In this document: one piece after another, positions 9,772-18,382 of the stretch
Numbering within the stretch: position 1 is the stretch's first letter
How the letters are laid out: every line of letters begins with the position of its first letter
The notes under the pieces: model-generated
Seen by the model: only the letters and a program-made list of their open reading frames with translations
Told to the model about the DNA's origin: nothing
The model's database searches: none
Source of the DNA: Shimia sp.
GTDB taxonomy: Bacteria > Pseudomonadota > Alphaproteobacteria > Rhodobacterales > Rhodobacteraceae
DNA: 55,731 nucleotides
Assembly (NCBI RefSeq): GCF_041624275.1
Contig: NZ_JBFJVE010000001.1
Coordinates: 1 to 55,731 of the forward strand
Reading direction: 5' to 3'
Position numbers and translations under genes: made by a program

Positions 9772-10646
9772 CAGTCCATCAGCCCCAGCAGACGGGCGGC
9801 GTTGTTCTTGATGATGTCTTCGCGCAGGTGATCCTTGATCGCGATCTTGTCGAAGGCGTCAAGCCAGCGATCGGGCGAGATCATCGGCCAGTCCGAGCCG
9901 AACAGAACCTTCTTCTTCAGGATCGTGTTGCAATACTGGACAAGGATCGGCGGGAAGTATTTCGGCGACCAGCCCGAGAGGTCGATATAGACATTGGGCT
10001 TGTGCTGGGCCACGGCCAGCGCCTCTTCCTGCCAGGGAAAGGAGGGATGCGCGAGAATGATCTTCATGTCGGGGAAATCCACCGCCACGTCATCCATATA
10101 CATCGGGTTGGAGTATTTCAGCCGCATGCCGTTGCCGCCGCGCATGCCCGATCCGACCCCGGTCTGGCCGGTGTGGAACAGGGCGATACAGCCATGCTCT
10201 GCCAGCACCTCGTAAAAGGGATAGGCCATGCGGTCATTGGCATAGAACCCCTGCATGGTGGGGTGGAACTTGAAGCCCTTGATGCCGTGGTCCTCGATCA
10301 GGCGGCGGGCTTCGCGCACCGCCATCTTGCCCTTCCACGGATCGATCGAGGCAAAGGGGATCAACACGTCGTCGTTCTTGTTGACCAGTTCGATCACCTC
10401 GTCGTTGGAATAGCGGCGATAGCCGGTCTCGCGCTCGGCATCGACGGGAAAGATCACGGCGGCGATGTTCTTCTCGCGGTAATGAGCGGCAGTCTGCTCG
10501 ATGGTCGGCGGATGCTGCCAGGGGGCGCCGAAATAGGTCGCCATCGTCGATTGCAGATCGTCATAACCGTCATCCGAATGGCAGCCGCAGGGTTCTTCGG
10601 CGTGGGTGTGGATGTCGATGGCGCGGACCTTGGAAATATCAACCAT
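9771..10646 (-). CDS. Amidohydrolase_2 family; probable hydroxyphenyl-beta-ketoacyl-CoA hydrolase (CouO/PhdC-like)
   Basis: IDIHTH, GFKFHPTMQGF, FHTGQTG, LAHPSFPWQ, DLSGWSPKYF, FGSDWP; operonic with CoA ligase, crotonase and SDR. Confidence 0.8.
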   Translation of the reverse strand: MVDISKVRAIDIHTHAEEPCGCHSDDGYDDLQSTMATYFGAPWQHPPTIEQTAAHYREKNIAAVIFPVDAERETGYRRYSNDEVIELVNKNDDVLIPFASIDPWKGKMAVREARRLIEDHGIKGFKFHPTMQGFYANDRMAYPFYEVLAEHGCIALFHTGQTGVGSGMRGGNGMRLKYSNPMYMDDVAVDFPDMKIILAHPSFPWQEEALAVAQHKPNVYIDLSGWSPKYFPPILVQYCNTILKKKVLFGSDWPMISPDRWLDAFDKIAIKDHLREDIIKNNAARLLGLMD

Positions 10647-10660
10647 GTTTCAGTTCTTCC

Positions 10661-12478
10661 TCAAATCTGGATGGTGGCCGGATCGGCTTGGTCATAGAGC
10701 CGCTCCAGAAGGGTTTTGCGGCGCGTCAGCACCCGGCGGAAATTGAGATTGCCCTTGGCGGTCATCTCGCCCTCGGGCATCGAGGCGGGCTCACTGAGCA
10801 CGATGGCCCGCGACACCCGGGTGGAACTGCCGGCGATCTCGCGGGCGCGTTCGGCCAGGCGGCGGTGGATCTCTCCCTGCATCAATCGGCAGCGATAGGC
10901 GCCACCGTCCTCGGCAAGGTCGAAGCCTTCGCGCTGCAACTCGGCGACATCCGGGAAGATCAAGACGCCGATCTGGTCCCGGTCGGCGCCGGTGACGACA
11001 AGGTCGGCGGCCAGAGGAGCGAGGCAGGCCAGCATCTCCATGCGCAGCTGCGCCGCCCGCACCCAGGTTCCGGTCAAGAGCTTGAAGTCTTCGGAAATGC
11101 GCCCGTCGAAGGCCATGCCCCGGTTCACATCTGCCGCATCGACAAAGCGCATCGCGTCGCCGGTGATGAAAAAGCCTTCCTCGTCGAAGGCCTCGGCCGT
11201 CTTTTGCGGATCCCGGAAATAGCCCTTGGTGACATTCGGCCCCTTGACGCGCATCTCGCAGCGCATCTCGTCATCGGGGATCAGCTTCATCGTCACCCCG
11301 TTCAGAGGCACCCCGACCACGCCCGAACGGTCGATCGGCTCGCTTTGCATCATCGTCGCCGGGGCGGTCTCGGTCAGCCCCCAGGACGAGGTCATCAGCG
11401 GGATTTCCCCCTTGATTTCCAGCGCCATCTCCTCGAAGCCGGCCCAGATGTCCTGGGGCAGCGACGCGCCGGCATAGAACATCAGGTCGAGGTGTTCGAA
11501 GAACCGCTGCCGCAGACCGGAATCCTGCCGCAGGGCGCCGAGCAGCATGGCATAGCCCACCGGCACGTTGAAACTTAGCGTGCCGGTGACCAGCGACAGG
11601 TTTTCCAGCGACCGCTCGAACAGGCCTTTGACCGGCTTGCCGTCATCGACATAATAGCTGCCGCCATTGGCCAGCATCATGTTGAAATTATGCGAGCCTC
11701 CGAACACGTGGTTCCAGGGCAGCCAGTCCACCACGCGCGGCGGACGGGCGCGCAAAAAGGGCATCGCGTCGGCCAGCATGGTCTGGTTGACGCACATCAT
11801 GCGCTGCGTGGTGAGCACCCCCTTGGGGGCCGAGGTCGAACCGCTGGTCATCAGGATCTTGGCCACGGTGTCGGGGCCGACCCGGTCATGGGCCAGGGCC
11901 AGATCGACCCCCGCGTCGCCCTTCAAGAGGTCGTCAAACGCGGTCACACCAGGGTTGGCGCCGGGACGCGAGGCGACGATCTCGATCCCGTTCAAGGCGT
12001 CGAGCGCCAGCGCCTCGCGATACTGGTCGGCATCGACCACATAGGCCATCGTCGGGCGCACCAGTTCGATCGCATGTTGCAGGCGACCGTGGGCGCCATG
12101 GATCAGCGCGTATTGCTCGGCCACCGGGGCGGTCGGGATGCCGACATATTGCGCCGCCAGGGACAGGAGCCCGTGATCGACGCCATTGCCCGACATGATG
12201 AGGATCGGTGTCTCGGGGCCCATGCCGCGCGCCAGCAGCGCGCTGGCAAGGGCGCGGACCTTCTGCAGCGCGCCGGCATAGCTTTCCTCGCGCCAGCCGG
12301 CGCCGCTGCGCTCGGCCAGAAAGACGCGATCCGGGGCTTTCTCGGCCCAGTCGTGCAGCCAGACTCCGGTCTTGTCGACCACCGGCCCCAGATCGTAGTT
12401 CGAACGCAACAGGATGCTGCCGTCGGCGCGGTCTTCGCGCGACACGGAATGGGCGCGGAATTCGGATGTGCGTTTCAT
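10661..12478 (-). CDS. fcs: Feruloyl/hydroxycinnamoyl-CoA synthetase
   Basis: MTSGSTSAPKGV, DWLPWNHVFGG, WGLTET, FDGRISEDFKLLTGTWV, EMTAKG: typical of the Fcs clade. Confidence 0.9.
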   Translation of the reverse strand: MKRTSEFRAHSVSREDRADGSILLRSNYDLGPVVDKTGVWLHDWAEKAPDRVFLAERSGAGWREESYAGALQKVRALASALLARGMGPETPILIMSGNGVDHGLLSLAAQYVGIPTAPVAEQYALIHGAHGRLQHAIELVRPTMAYVVDADQYREALALDALNGIEIVASRPGANPGVTAFDDLLKGDAGVDLALAHDRVGPDTVAKILMTSGSTSAPKGVLTTQRMMCVNQTMLADAMPFLRARPPRVVDWLPWNHVFGGSHNFNMMLANGGSYYVDDGKPVKGLFERSLENLSLVTGTLSFNVPVGYAMLLGALRQDSGLRQRFFEHLDLMFYAGASLPQDIWAGFEEMALEIKGEIPLMTSSWGLTETAPATMMQSEPIDRSGVVGVPLNGVTMKLIPDDEMRCEMRVKGPNVTKGYFRDPQKTAEAFDEEGFFITGDAMRFVDAADVNRGMAFDGRISEDFKLLTGTWVRAAQLRMEMLACLAPLAADLVVTGADRDQIGVLIFPDVAELQREGFDLAEDGGAYRCRLMQGEIHRRLAERAREIAGSSTRVSRAIVLSEPASMPEGEMTAKGNLNFRRVLTRRKTLLERLYDQADPATIQI

Positions 12479-12480
12479 GG

Positions 12481-12963
12481 TCAATCCCCCTGCCTTGCGT
12501 TTTCGATGGTTTTCAGGGCCGCGAGCACGGTCGCGATGCTGTCTTGGTCGATCCCGTCAAGCAGCCGTGCCTCATGCGCGGCAACCGCCGCGACGGCGCG
12601 GTCATAGAGCCGCAGGCCGGCCAGCGTCGCCTTGAGAGCATAGGCACGCCGGTCGGTCGGAACGCGGTCGCGCACGATGAGTTCGCGCCGCTCCAGCTCG
12701 TCGATCAGCACGACGAGATTGGGGCGTTCGATGTCCATGGCATCGGCCAGCTGCGACTGGCGCATGCCGGGATTGTCGACGATGAGAACCAGCGCGGTAT
12801 AGGTCAGCATCCGCAGTTCGAAAGGTTTCAGAACCCGTGCCAGATCTTCCTGCACGACGTTGAAGGCGCGTTTCATCCGGTAGCCGACAAAGCGGCGCAT
12901 GGTAGCATCGCTGACCGATGCCACCTCGACATGTTGCGGCGCGGGGGAATGTGTCTTTTTCAT
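12481..12963 (-). CDS. MarR-family repressor (CouR/FerC/HcaR-like)
   Basis: VGYRMKRA...NPGMRQSQLA...RPNLV..IDELE...DRR.Y.L..T..G; ATG 12963 preferred over the longer ORF start. Confidence 0.85.
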   Translation of the reverse strand: MKKTHSPAPQHVEVASVSDATMRRFVGYRMKRAFNVVQEDLARVLKPFELRMLTYTALVLIVDNPGMRQSQLADAMDIERPNLVVLIDELERRELIVRDRVPTDRRAYALKATLAGLRLYDRAVAAVAAHEARLLDGIDQDSIATVLAALKTIENARQGD

Positions 12964-12967
12964 CGCG

Positions 12968-13735
12968 TCACCGGAACACGGGCGCGCGTTTTTCGAGAAA
13001 GGCACGCAGCCCTTCCTCGGCATCCGGCGAGGTCTGGGACAGGGCCGCCGCAAGCGACTCGGTGAACAGACCGTCACTCTGCGACATGTCGTTGATGCGG
13101 GCGATGGACTGGACCATCAGATAGTTGGACAGCGGCGCATTGCGGGCGATCTTGCCGGCAAGGGTCCGCGCCAGCGCCATGGCTTCGCCCTCGGCGACGG
13201 CGTAATGCGCCAGCCCCAGGGACAGCCCGTCCTGTGCGTCGTACCTGCGCCCGGTGAGCATCATCTCGGTCATGCGGTCCGGCCCCAGAAGACGGCCGAC
13301 GCGGGCGGTGGCGCCGCCGCCGACGAAGATGCCGCGCCGCCCTTCGGGCAGCTGGAAGATGGTCGAAGGCTCGGCGATGCGCACATGGGTCGACGCCGCC
13401 AGTTCGAGCCCGCCACCGATGACGGCCCCGAACATCGCCGACAGGGTGATCAGACCGCCGAACTGGATCTTTTCCATCACCACATGCCAGTGGCGCGAGT
13501 GGTAGAGATTGTCCTCGGCCGAGCGGTGCACATGTTCGGACAGGTCGAGCCCCGAGCAGAAATGGCCCTCGACGCCGGTCAGAATGACCACGCGCACCCC
13601 TTCGGGCGGGTTGAAATAGAAGCCCTGAAGCGCCTCGAGCAGGGCTTCGCACATGGCGTTGCGCTTGCCGGGGCGGTTCATGGTCAGGGTGGCGATCGGG
13701 CCGTCGGTCTCGATCTTCAGGATGCTGTCGCTCAT
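12968..13735 (-). CDS. Crotonase / enoyl-CoA hydratase (hydroxycinnamoyl-CoA hydratase)
   Basis: NRPGKRNA, FCSGLDL, GGGLELA, LPEGRRGIFVGGG, AFLEKR. Confidence 0.88.
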   Translation of the reverse strand: MSDSILKIETDGPIATLTMNRPGKRNAMCEALLEALQGFYFNPPEGVRVVILTGVEGHFCSGLDLSEHVHRSAEDNLYHSRHWHVVMEKIQFGGLITLSAMFGAVIGGGLELAASTHVRIAEPSTIFQLPEGRRGIFVGGGATARVGRLLGPDRMTEMMLTGRRYDAQDGLSLGLAHYAVAEGEAMALARTLAGKIARNAPLSNYLMVQSIARINDMSQSDGLFTESLAAALSQTSPDAEEGLRAFLEKRAPVFR

Positions 13736-13745
13736 CGTTCTCTCC

Positions 13746-14510
13746 TTAGCGCGGCGGCAGGCGGACGGCGCCGTCCAGCCGGATCGTGGTCCCGTTCAGG
13801 AACCGGTTGGTGGCGATCTGCTCGGCAAGAAGCGCGAATTCCCGCGCCTGCCCCAGCCGCGCCGGGAAGGGAATATTCGCCGTGATCTCGGCCGCGACCT
13901 CCTCCGGCAGACCCTCCATCATCGGCGTATGAAACAGGCCCGGCGCGATCGCCATCACCCGGATGCCGCTACGGGCCAGTTCGCGCGCCGCCGGCAGGCA
14001 CATCGAGGCGATCGCCCCTTTCGAGGCGGCATAGGCGGCCTGCCCCAGCTGCCCGTCCTCGAAGGCCACCGAGGCGGTGTTGATGATGACGCCGCGCTCT
14101 GAGTCTTCAAGCGGGGTCAGCTCGGCCATGCGCTTGGCGGCGTGGCTCATCACGTTGTAGGTGCCGAACAGGTTCACCCGCAGGGTCTTTTCGAACACGT
14201 CGAAGGACAGCTTGCCCTCGCGCCCGACGATACGCGCCGCCATGCCGATGCCGGCACAGTTGACGGCGATGCGCGGCGCCGATCCGAAATGCGCCGTCGC
14301 CGCGTCAAAGGCTGCACCGACCGCCGCTTGGTCGCTGACATCGGCCTGAATGGCCATGCCGCCGATCTCGTCGGCCAGCGCCCTGGCGCCCTCGAGATTG
14401 TAGTCGAGGATGGCGACGCTGGCGCCAAGGCCCGCGAAATGGCGCGCGGTGGCGGCGCCAAGTCCGCTGCCGCCGCCGGTGACCAGAACCGGGTTTCCGT
14501 CAATCTGCAT
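13746..14510 (-). CDS. SDR 3-hydroxyacyl-CoA dehydrogenase (HSD10 type; CouN/PhdB-like)
   Basis: TGGGSGLG, NCAG, NTASVA, YAASK, IAPGLF.TP, IRLDGA.R; ATG 14510 with AAGGAG SD. Confidence 0.88.
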   Translation of the reverse strand: MQIDGNPVLVTGGGSGLGAATARHFAGLGASVAILDYNLEGARALADEIGGMAIQADVSDQAAVGAAFDAATAHFGSAPRIAVNCAGIGMAARIVGREGKLSFDVFEKTLRVNLFGTYNVMSHAAKRMAELTPLEDSERGVIINTASVAFEDGQLGQAAYAASKGAIASMCLPAARELARSGIRVMAIAPGLFHTPMMEGLPEEVAAEITANIPFPARLGQAREFALLAEQIATNRFLNGTTIRLDGAVRLPPR

Positions 14511-14540
14511 GGCTGGGCTCCTTATTGGTATCTTCAATCA

Positions 14541-14559
14541 TTGTTATGTCTCATATCTA
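14541..14559. promoter_or_regulatory. Candidate CouR-type MarR operator of the phenylpropanoid operon
   Basis: Imperfect inverted repeat TTGTTATG-tct-CATATCTA in an AT-rich gap, overlapping a minus-strand TTGTCT-N17-CATAAC promoter-like sequence. Confidence 0.6.
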
Positions 14560-14611
14560 TTTTCCAGACAAGACTTTGCGCATGTTCCGGCGCTTGGTCT
14601 TGGGGTCGGGT

Positions 14612-15925
14612 TTACGGGATCAGGAACAGGGTGATCGCCGGGAACAGCACCAGAAGGACGACCCGCAAGAGGTCGGAGGTGACGAACCACATCACCGCCT
14701 TGTAGGTCTGCACCATCGGGGTCGAGCGATCCATGGCATTGATGATGAACAGGTTCATCCCCACCGGTGGCGTGATCAGCCCGACCTCGACCACGATCAG
14801 CACCAGGATGCCGAACCAGATCGCCACATGTTCCGGGCTCATGCCGAAATCAAGCGCGCTGATGACCGGAAAGAAGATCGGGATCGTCAGCAGGATCATG
14901 CTGAGACTGTCCATCAGGCAGCCGAAGATCAGGTAGAAGACCAGGATCAGCGACAAGACCATCCACGGGCTGAGACCCAGCCCGACAACCCAGGCCGACA
15001 GTTCCTGCGGCACCTGCGACAGCGCCAGAAAACTGTTGTAGAGGCCGGCGCCGAGCACGATGAAAAAGATCATCGCGGTGCTGGTCGCGGTGGCGATGAT
15101 GCTTTCGACGAAGACCTTCCAGTTGAGGTTGCCCGAGACCAGTGCGATCAGCCCGGTGCCGGCGGCGCCCACGGCAGCCCCCTCGGTCGGGGTGAACCAG
15201 CCGAGGTAGATACCGCCGACGACAAGGCCGAAGACCAGCAGCACCGGCCAGACATCAATCAGCGCCCGCAGGCGTTCGTTATAGGGGGTCGGCGCGCGGG
15301 TACCGGCGGAATCCGGGTAACGGCGCACGTAAAGCGAGATGGTGATGATATAACCCAGCGCCGCCAGCAGCCCGGGCACGAATGCGGCAAGGAACAGCTT
15401 GGCGATATTCTGCTCGGTCAGGATGGCATAGATCACCAGGATCACCGAGGGCGGGATCAGGATGCCGAGCGTGCCGCCGGCGGCCAGGGTCGCGGTCGAG
15501 AACCCCCCCGAATAGCCGTAGCGGCGCAGCTCGGGAAGGGCAACGCGGCTCATCGTGGCGGCCGTGGCCAGCGAGGAGCCGCAGATCGCGCCGAACCCGG
15601 CACAGGCCCCGACCGCCGACATCGCGACACCGCCCTTGCGGTGGCCGAGCCAGCTTTCGGCGGCCTTGAACAGCGCCGAGGACATGCCGGACAGGGTCGC
15701 GAACTGCCCCATCAGCAGGAACATCGGGATGATGGTCAGCGAATAGCTGGAAAAGGTCGAATAGGTCTCGGTCTTGAGCTTGGCCATGAACATGTTGGTG
15801 CTGCCCATGGCGAAATAGAGCCCGCCGATACCGCAGAGGAACATCGCAAGGCCGATCGGCGCGCGCAGGAAGATCATGACCAGAAGGATCGGGAAGGACG
15901 CGTAGCCCAGTTCGAGCATGCTCAA
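14612..15925 (-). CDS. TRAP transporter large permease (DctM family)
   Basis: IPMFLLMG, GAICGSS.ATA, GGTLGILIPPS, GLITPPVGMN; start TTG 15925 or ATG 15919. Confidence 0.93.
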   Translation of the reverse strand: MSMLELGYASFPILLVMIFLRAPIGLAMFLCGIGGLYFAMGSTNMFMAKLKTETYSTFSSYSLTIIPMFLLMGQFATLSGMSSALFKAAESWLGHRKGGVAMSAVGACAGFGAICGSSLATAATMSRVALPELRRYGYSGGFSTATLAAGGTLGILIPPSVILVIYAILTEQNIAKLFLAAFVPGLLAALGYIITISLYVRRYPDSAGTRAPTPYNERLRALIDVWPVLLVFGLVVGGIYLGWFTPTEGAAVGAAGTGLIALVSGNLNWKVFVESIIATATSTAMIFFIVLGAGLYNSFLALSQVPQELSAWVVGLGLSPWMVLSLILVFYLIFGCLMDSLSMILLTIPIFFPVISALDFGMSPEHVAIWFGILVLIVVEVGLITPPVGMNLFIINAMDRSTPMVQTYKAVMWFVTSDLLRVVLLVLFPAITLFLIP

Positions 15926-16506
15926 TGGACTGCCTCCCCACCATAGGGCAGCACATAGCGCCCGGTGGCAAATTCGACGATGCGCGCAAAGGCGCAGTAA
16001 AGCGCGACCAGCGAGGCCACGACGGCGGCGAGGAAACTCAGCCCATAGGCCCACCAGACCGGAAACTGCAACAGGAAGGTGGTGTCGCCATAGGCCATCT
16101 TGGCCTGAACACCGTGGAACAGCCGCCAGGTGATCAACAGCACGATCGCCGTCAGGACCAGCTCCCAGAACATCACGATGGCCCGGTTGACCCGTGGCGC
16201 CAGCCCGTTGGTGAACACATCCACAGTGGCATGGCTGCCGTAGAACTGGCAGATCGGCAGGAACGAGAAGATCGCGAAGGCGACACCGGCTTCGACCAGT
16301 TCGAAATCACCGTTCACCGGCCCGACGCCGGTGGCGATCAGCCCGTCGGCCACCGCGCCGGACAGGGAGGTCAGCAGATCCGAATGCCCCAGCGCGTTGA
16401 GACCACGCCCAAGGACGCTGATACAGGTCAGGACCACCAGCAGCGTCAACACGATCCCGCCGGTTATGGCCATGAGGCGCGCCGCGCGTTCGACCAGTTT
16501 CGTCAT
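15922..16506 (-). CDS. TRAP transporter small permease (DctQ family)
   Basis: Four hydrophobic segments, GDFELVE, HATVDVF, FPVWW; lies between SBP and DctM genes. Confidence 0.9.
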   Translation of the reverse strand: MTKLVERAARLMAITGGIVLTLLVVLTCISVLGRGLNALGHSDLLTSLSGAVADGLIATGVGPVNGDFELVEAGVAFAIFSFLPICQFYGSHATVDVFTNGLAPRVNRAIVMFWELVLTAIVLLITWRLFHGVQAKMAYGDTTFLLQFPVWWAYGLSFLAAVVASLVALYCAFARIVEFATGRYVLPYGGEAVH

Positions 16507-16525
16507 GGTTTCCTCCGGGTTGGAT

Positions 16526-16558
16526 GCGCCCCCGAGCCGGTTTCGGGCCCGGGGGAGC
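16526..16558 (-). other. Intercistronic stem-loop after the TRAP binding-protein gene
   Basis: CCCCG-AGCC...GGCC-CGGGG imperfect hairpin between SBP stop and DctQ start, a common mRNA-stabilising position. Confidence 0.35.
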
Positions 16559-16565
16559 GGTCGGT

Positions 16566-17603
16566 TCAATGCGAATACTTGGCGATCAGCTCGAGTGCGC
16601 GGGCACGCAGGCCGGTGCCGTCCATACCCTTGTCATCCATTTCCGCGACCCAGTTCTCCGAGGTCGGCTGCGCGGCGGCCTTCCATTCGGCGACCTGCTC
16701 GGGGTTCAGGGTGATGATGTTGTTGCCGCGCTCCATCGCCTGCTTGTGCGAGGGGGCGTCGTCGGCCTGCATCTGCCGCCCGGCGAAGGCCGAGAACTCG
16801 GCCCCGGAATTGGCATCGATGACGGCTTTCAGATCCTCAGGCAGCGCATCCCAGCGTTGCTGGTTCATCGCGAAGATGAAGGTGGTGGTGTAAAGCGCAT
16901 CATCGCCGAAGGTGGTGTGGTTGCTGACCAACTCGTTGACTTTCAGCGCCCCGGTCACTTCCCAGGGAATGACGGTGGCATCGATCACGCCCTTGGAGAG
17001 GGCTTCGGGCACTGCTGGAATCGGCATGCCGACAGCGGTTGCGCCAAGCGATTTGAACATGCCGTTGGTGACCCGGGTCGGGGCGCGCAGCTTGACACCG
17101 TTCAGATCGCTGACGCTCTGGATCGGCTTCTTGGAGTGGATCAGGCCGGGCCCGTGGACCCAGAGGCCAAGCACCTTGAACTGCTTGAAATCGGCGTCCA
17201 TCATGGTTTCTTCGGCCAGTTGCCAATAGGCGCGCGACACCGCCTCGCCATTGGTCATGGTGAAGGGCAGTTCAAAGACCTCGGCACGCGGGAAGCGGCC
17301 GGGGGTGTAACCGGCGACGGTCCAGACGATATCCGCCACGCCGTCGATGGCCTGATCGATCAGCTGCGGCGGCTTGCCGCCAAGCTGCATGGCCGGGAAG
17401 CGCTGGATCTCGATGCGGCCACCGGACTCGGCCTCGATCTTGTCGGCCCAGACATCGAGAATGTTCTTGGGCACATTTGCCTGCGCCGGCAGGAACTGGT
17501 GCAGCCGCAACGTGACCTCGGCCGCGAAGGCCCCAGTGGACATTGCACCAAGCGCCATCGCGGCAACAGCGGTCTTCAACATGTTTCTACGGGTCTTCGC
17601 CAT
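16566..17603 (-). CDS. TRAP substrate-binding protein (DctP family, TarP-like aromatic-acid binder)
   Basis: Tat-like signal TRRNMLK; YTPGRFP, FELPF, DLNGVKLR, EALSKGVID. Confidence 0.9.
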   Translation of the reverse strand: MAKTRRNMLKTAVAAMALGAMSTGAFAAEVTLRLHQFLPAQANVPKNILDVWADKIEAESGGRIEIQRFPAMQLGGKPPQLIDQAIDGVADIVWTVAGYTPGRFPRAEVFELPFTMTNGEAVSRAYWQLAEETMMDADFKQFKVLGLWVHGPGLIHSKKPIQSVSDLNGVKLRAPTRVTNGMFKSLGATAVGMPIPAVPEALSKGVIDATVIPWEVTGALKVNELVSNHTTFGDDALYTTTFIFAMNQQRWDALPEDLKAVIDANSGAEFSAFAGRQMQADDAPSHKQAMERGNNIITLNPEQVAEWKAAAQPTSENWVAEMDDKGMDGTGLRARALELIAKYSH

Positions 17604-17760
17604 CTTTTCCTCCCAAAATGATTGATGCCGCCGATGTCAGCGACGCAAATCCGTGCCTGCTACTGTTAAACAGGCGCGGTCGGAGTCCACAGTTCGTTTT
17701 CGTTCTTGTCTATTTGATTTTGTTAGGATGCCGTTTTCCGACCGGTCAGTAACCGGGTCG

Positions 17761-18213
17761 TCAGCCCGGCCTGTCGGTCTGCGGCTCGCGATCGAAACCG
17801 CGCAGGGCCTTGCTTGCCAGGGCCAGGAACTGCTGTTTTTCCGCCTCGCTCAGCCCATGCAGAATGTCTGCCTGCAGGGCCTCCACGACGGGATACAGCC
17901 GTGACATCAACAGCTGCCCCTCGCCGCTGAGGCTCACCTCGCGGGCGCGCTTGTCCCTTGCGCTGACGGTGCGCATCACGAGGCCTTTCTTCTCCAGCCT
18001 GTCGATGACCCCGCCGATTGTCGCCCGATCATAGGCGATCCGGGCCGCAATTCCGGCCTGATCCGCCCCCGGCGTGGCGCGGATGGCATCCAGCGCCGCG
18101 AATTGCACCGGCGTCAGATCCAGCCCCTGCTGCTGCATATGAGTCGCGAACACCTGGGTCGATGCCTGATGCAGGCGCCGAATCAAGTGCCCTGCCATCC
18201 GTGTCACTGCCAT
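17761..18213 (-). CDS. MarR-family regulator (MobR/PcaV-like), divergent from mobA
   Basis: GHLIRRLHQ...LTPVQFAAL...DRATIGGVIDRLE.KGL..R...D.R; alternative start 18231. Confidence 0.85.
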   Translation of the reverse strand: MAVTRMAGHLIRRLHQASTQVFATHMQQQGLDLTPVQFAALDAIRATPGADQAGIAARIAYDRATIGGVIDRLEKKGLVMRTVSARDKRAREVSLSGEGQLLMSRLYPVVEALQADILHGLSEAEKQQFLALASKALRGFDREPQTDRPG

Positions 18214-18280
18214 TGCTGCCCCCTTCGACATGCCCGCGCCCCTTTGATCGTTAAAGCATAAAATCCTGTCAGGGTTCAAT

Positions 18281-18334
18281 ATATGTAAGTACACATATTA
18301 AATTCTTGACGGATTATAGTAAGTATAGATATTA
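18281..18334. promoter_or_regulatory. Two MarR-type operator copies flanking the mobA -35 element
   Basis: GTAAGTAcAcATATTA (18285-18300) and GTAAGTAtAgATATTA (18319-18334), 34 bp apart; the first lies in the palindrome ATATGT-aagtac-ACATAT; TTGACG at 18306 sits between them. Confidence 0.65.
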
Positions 18335-18382
18335 GTTTTCGCGGAAGCCGGCACGCCCGTGCCGCAGGACCGGAGGAACGAC

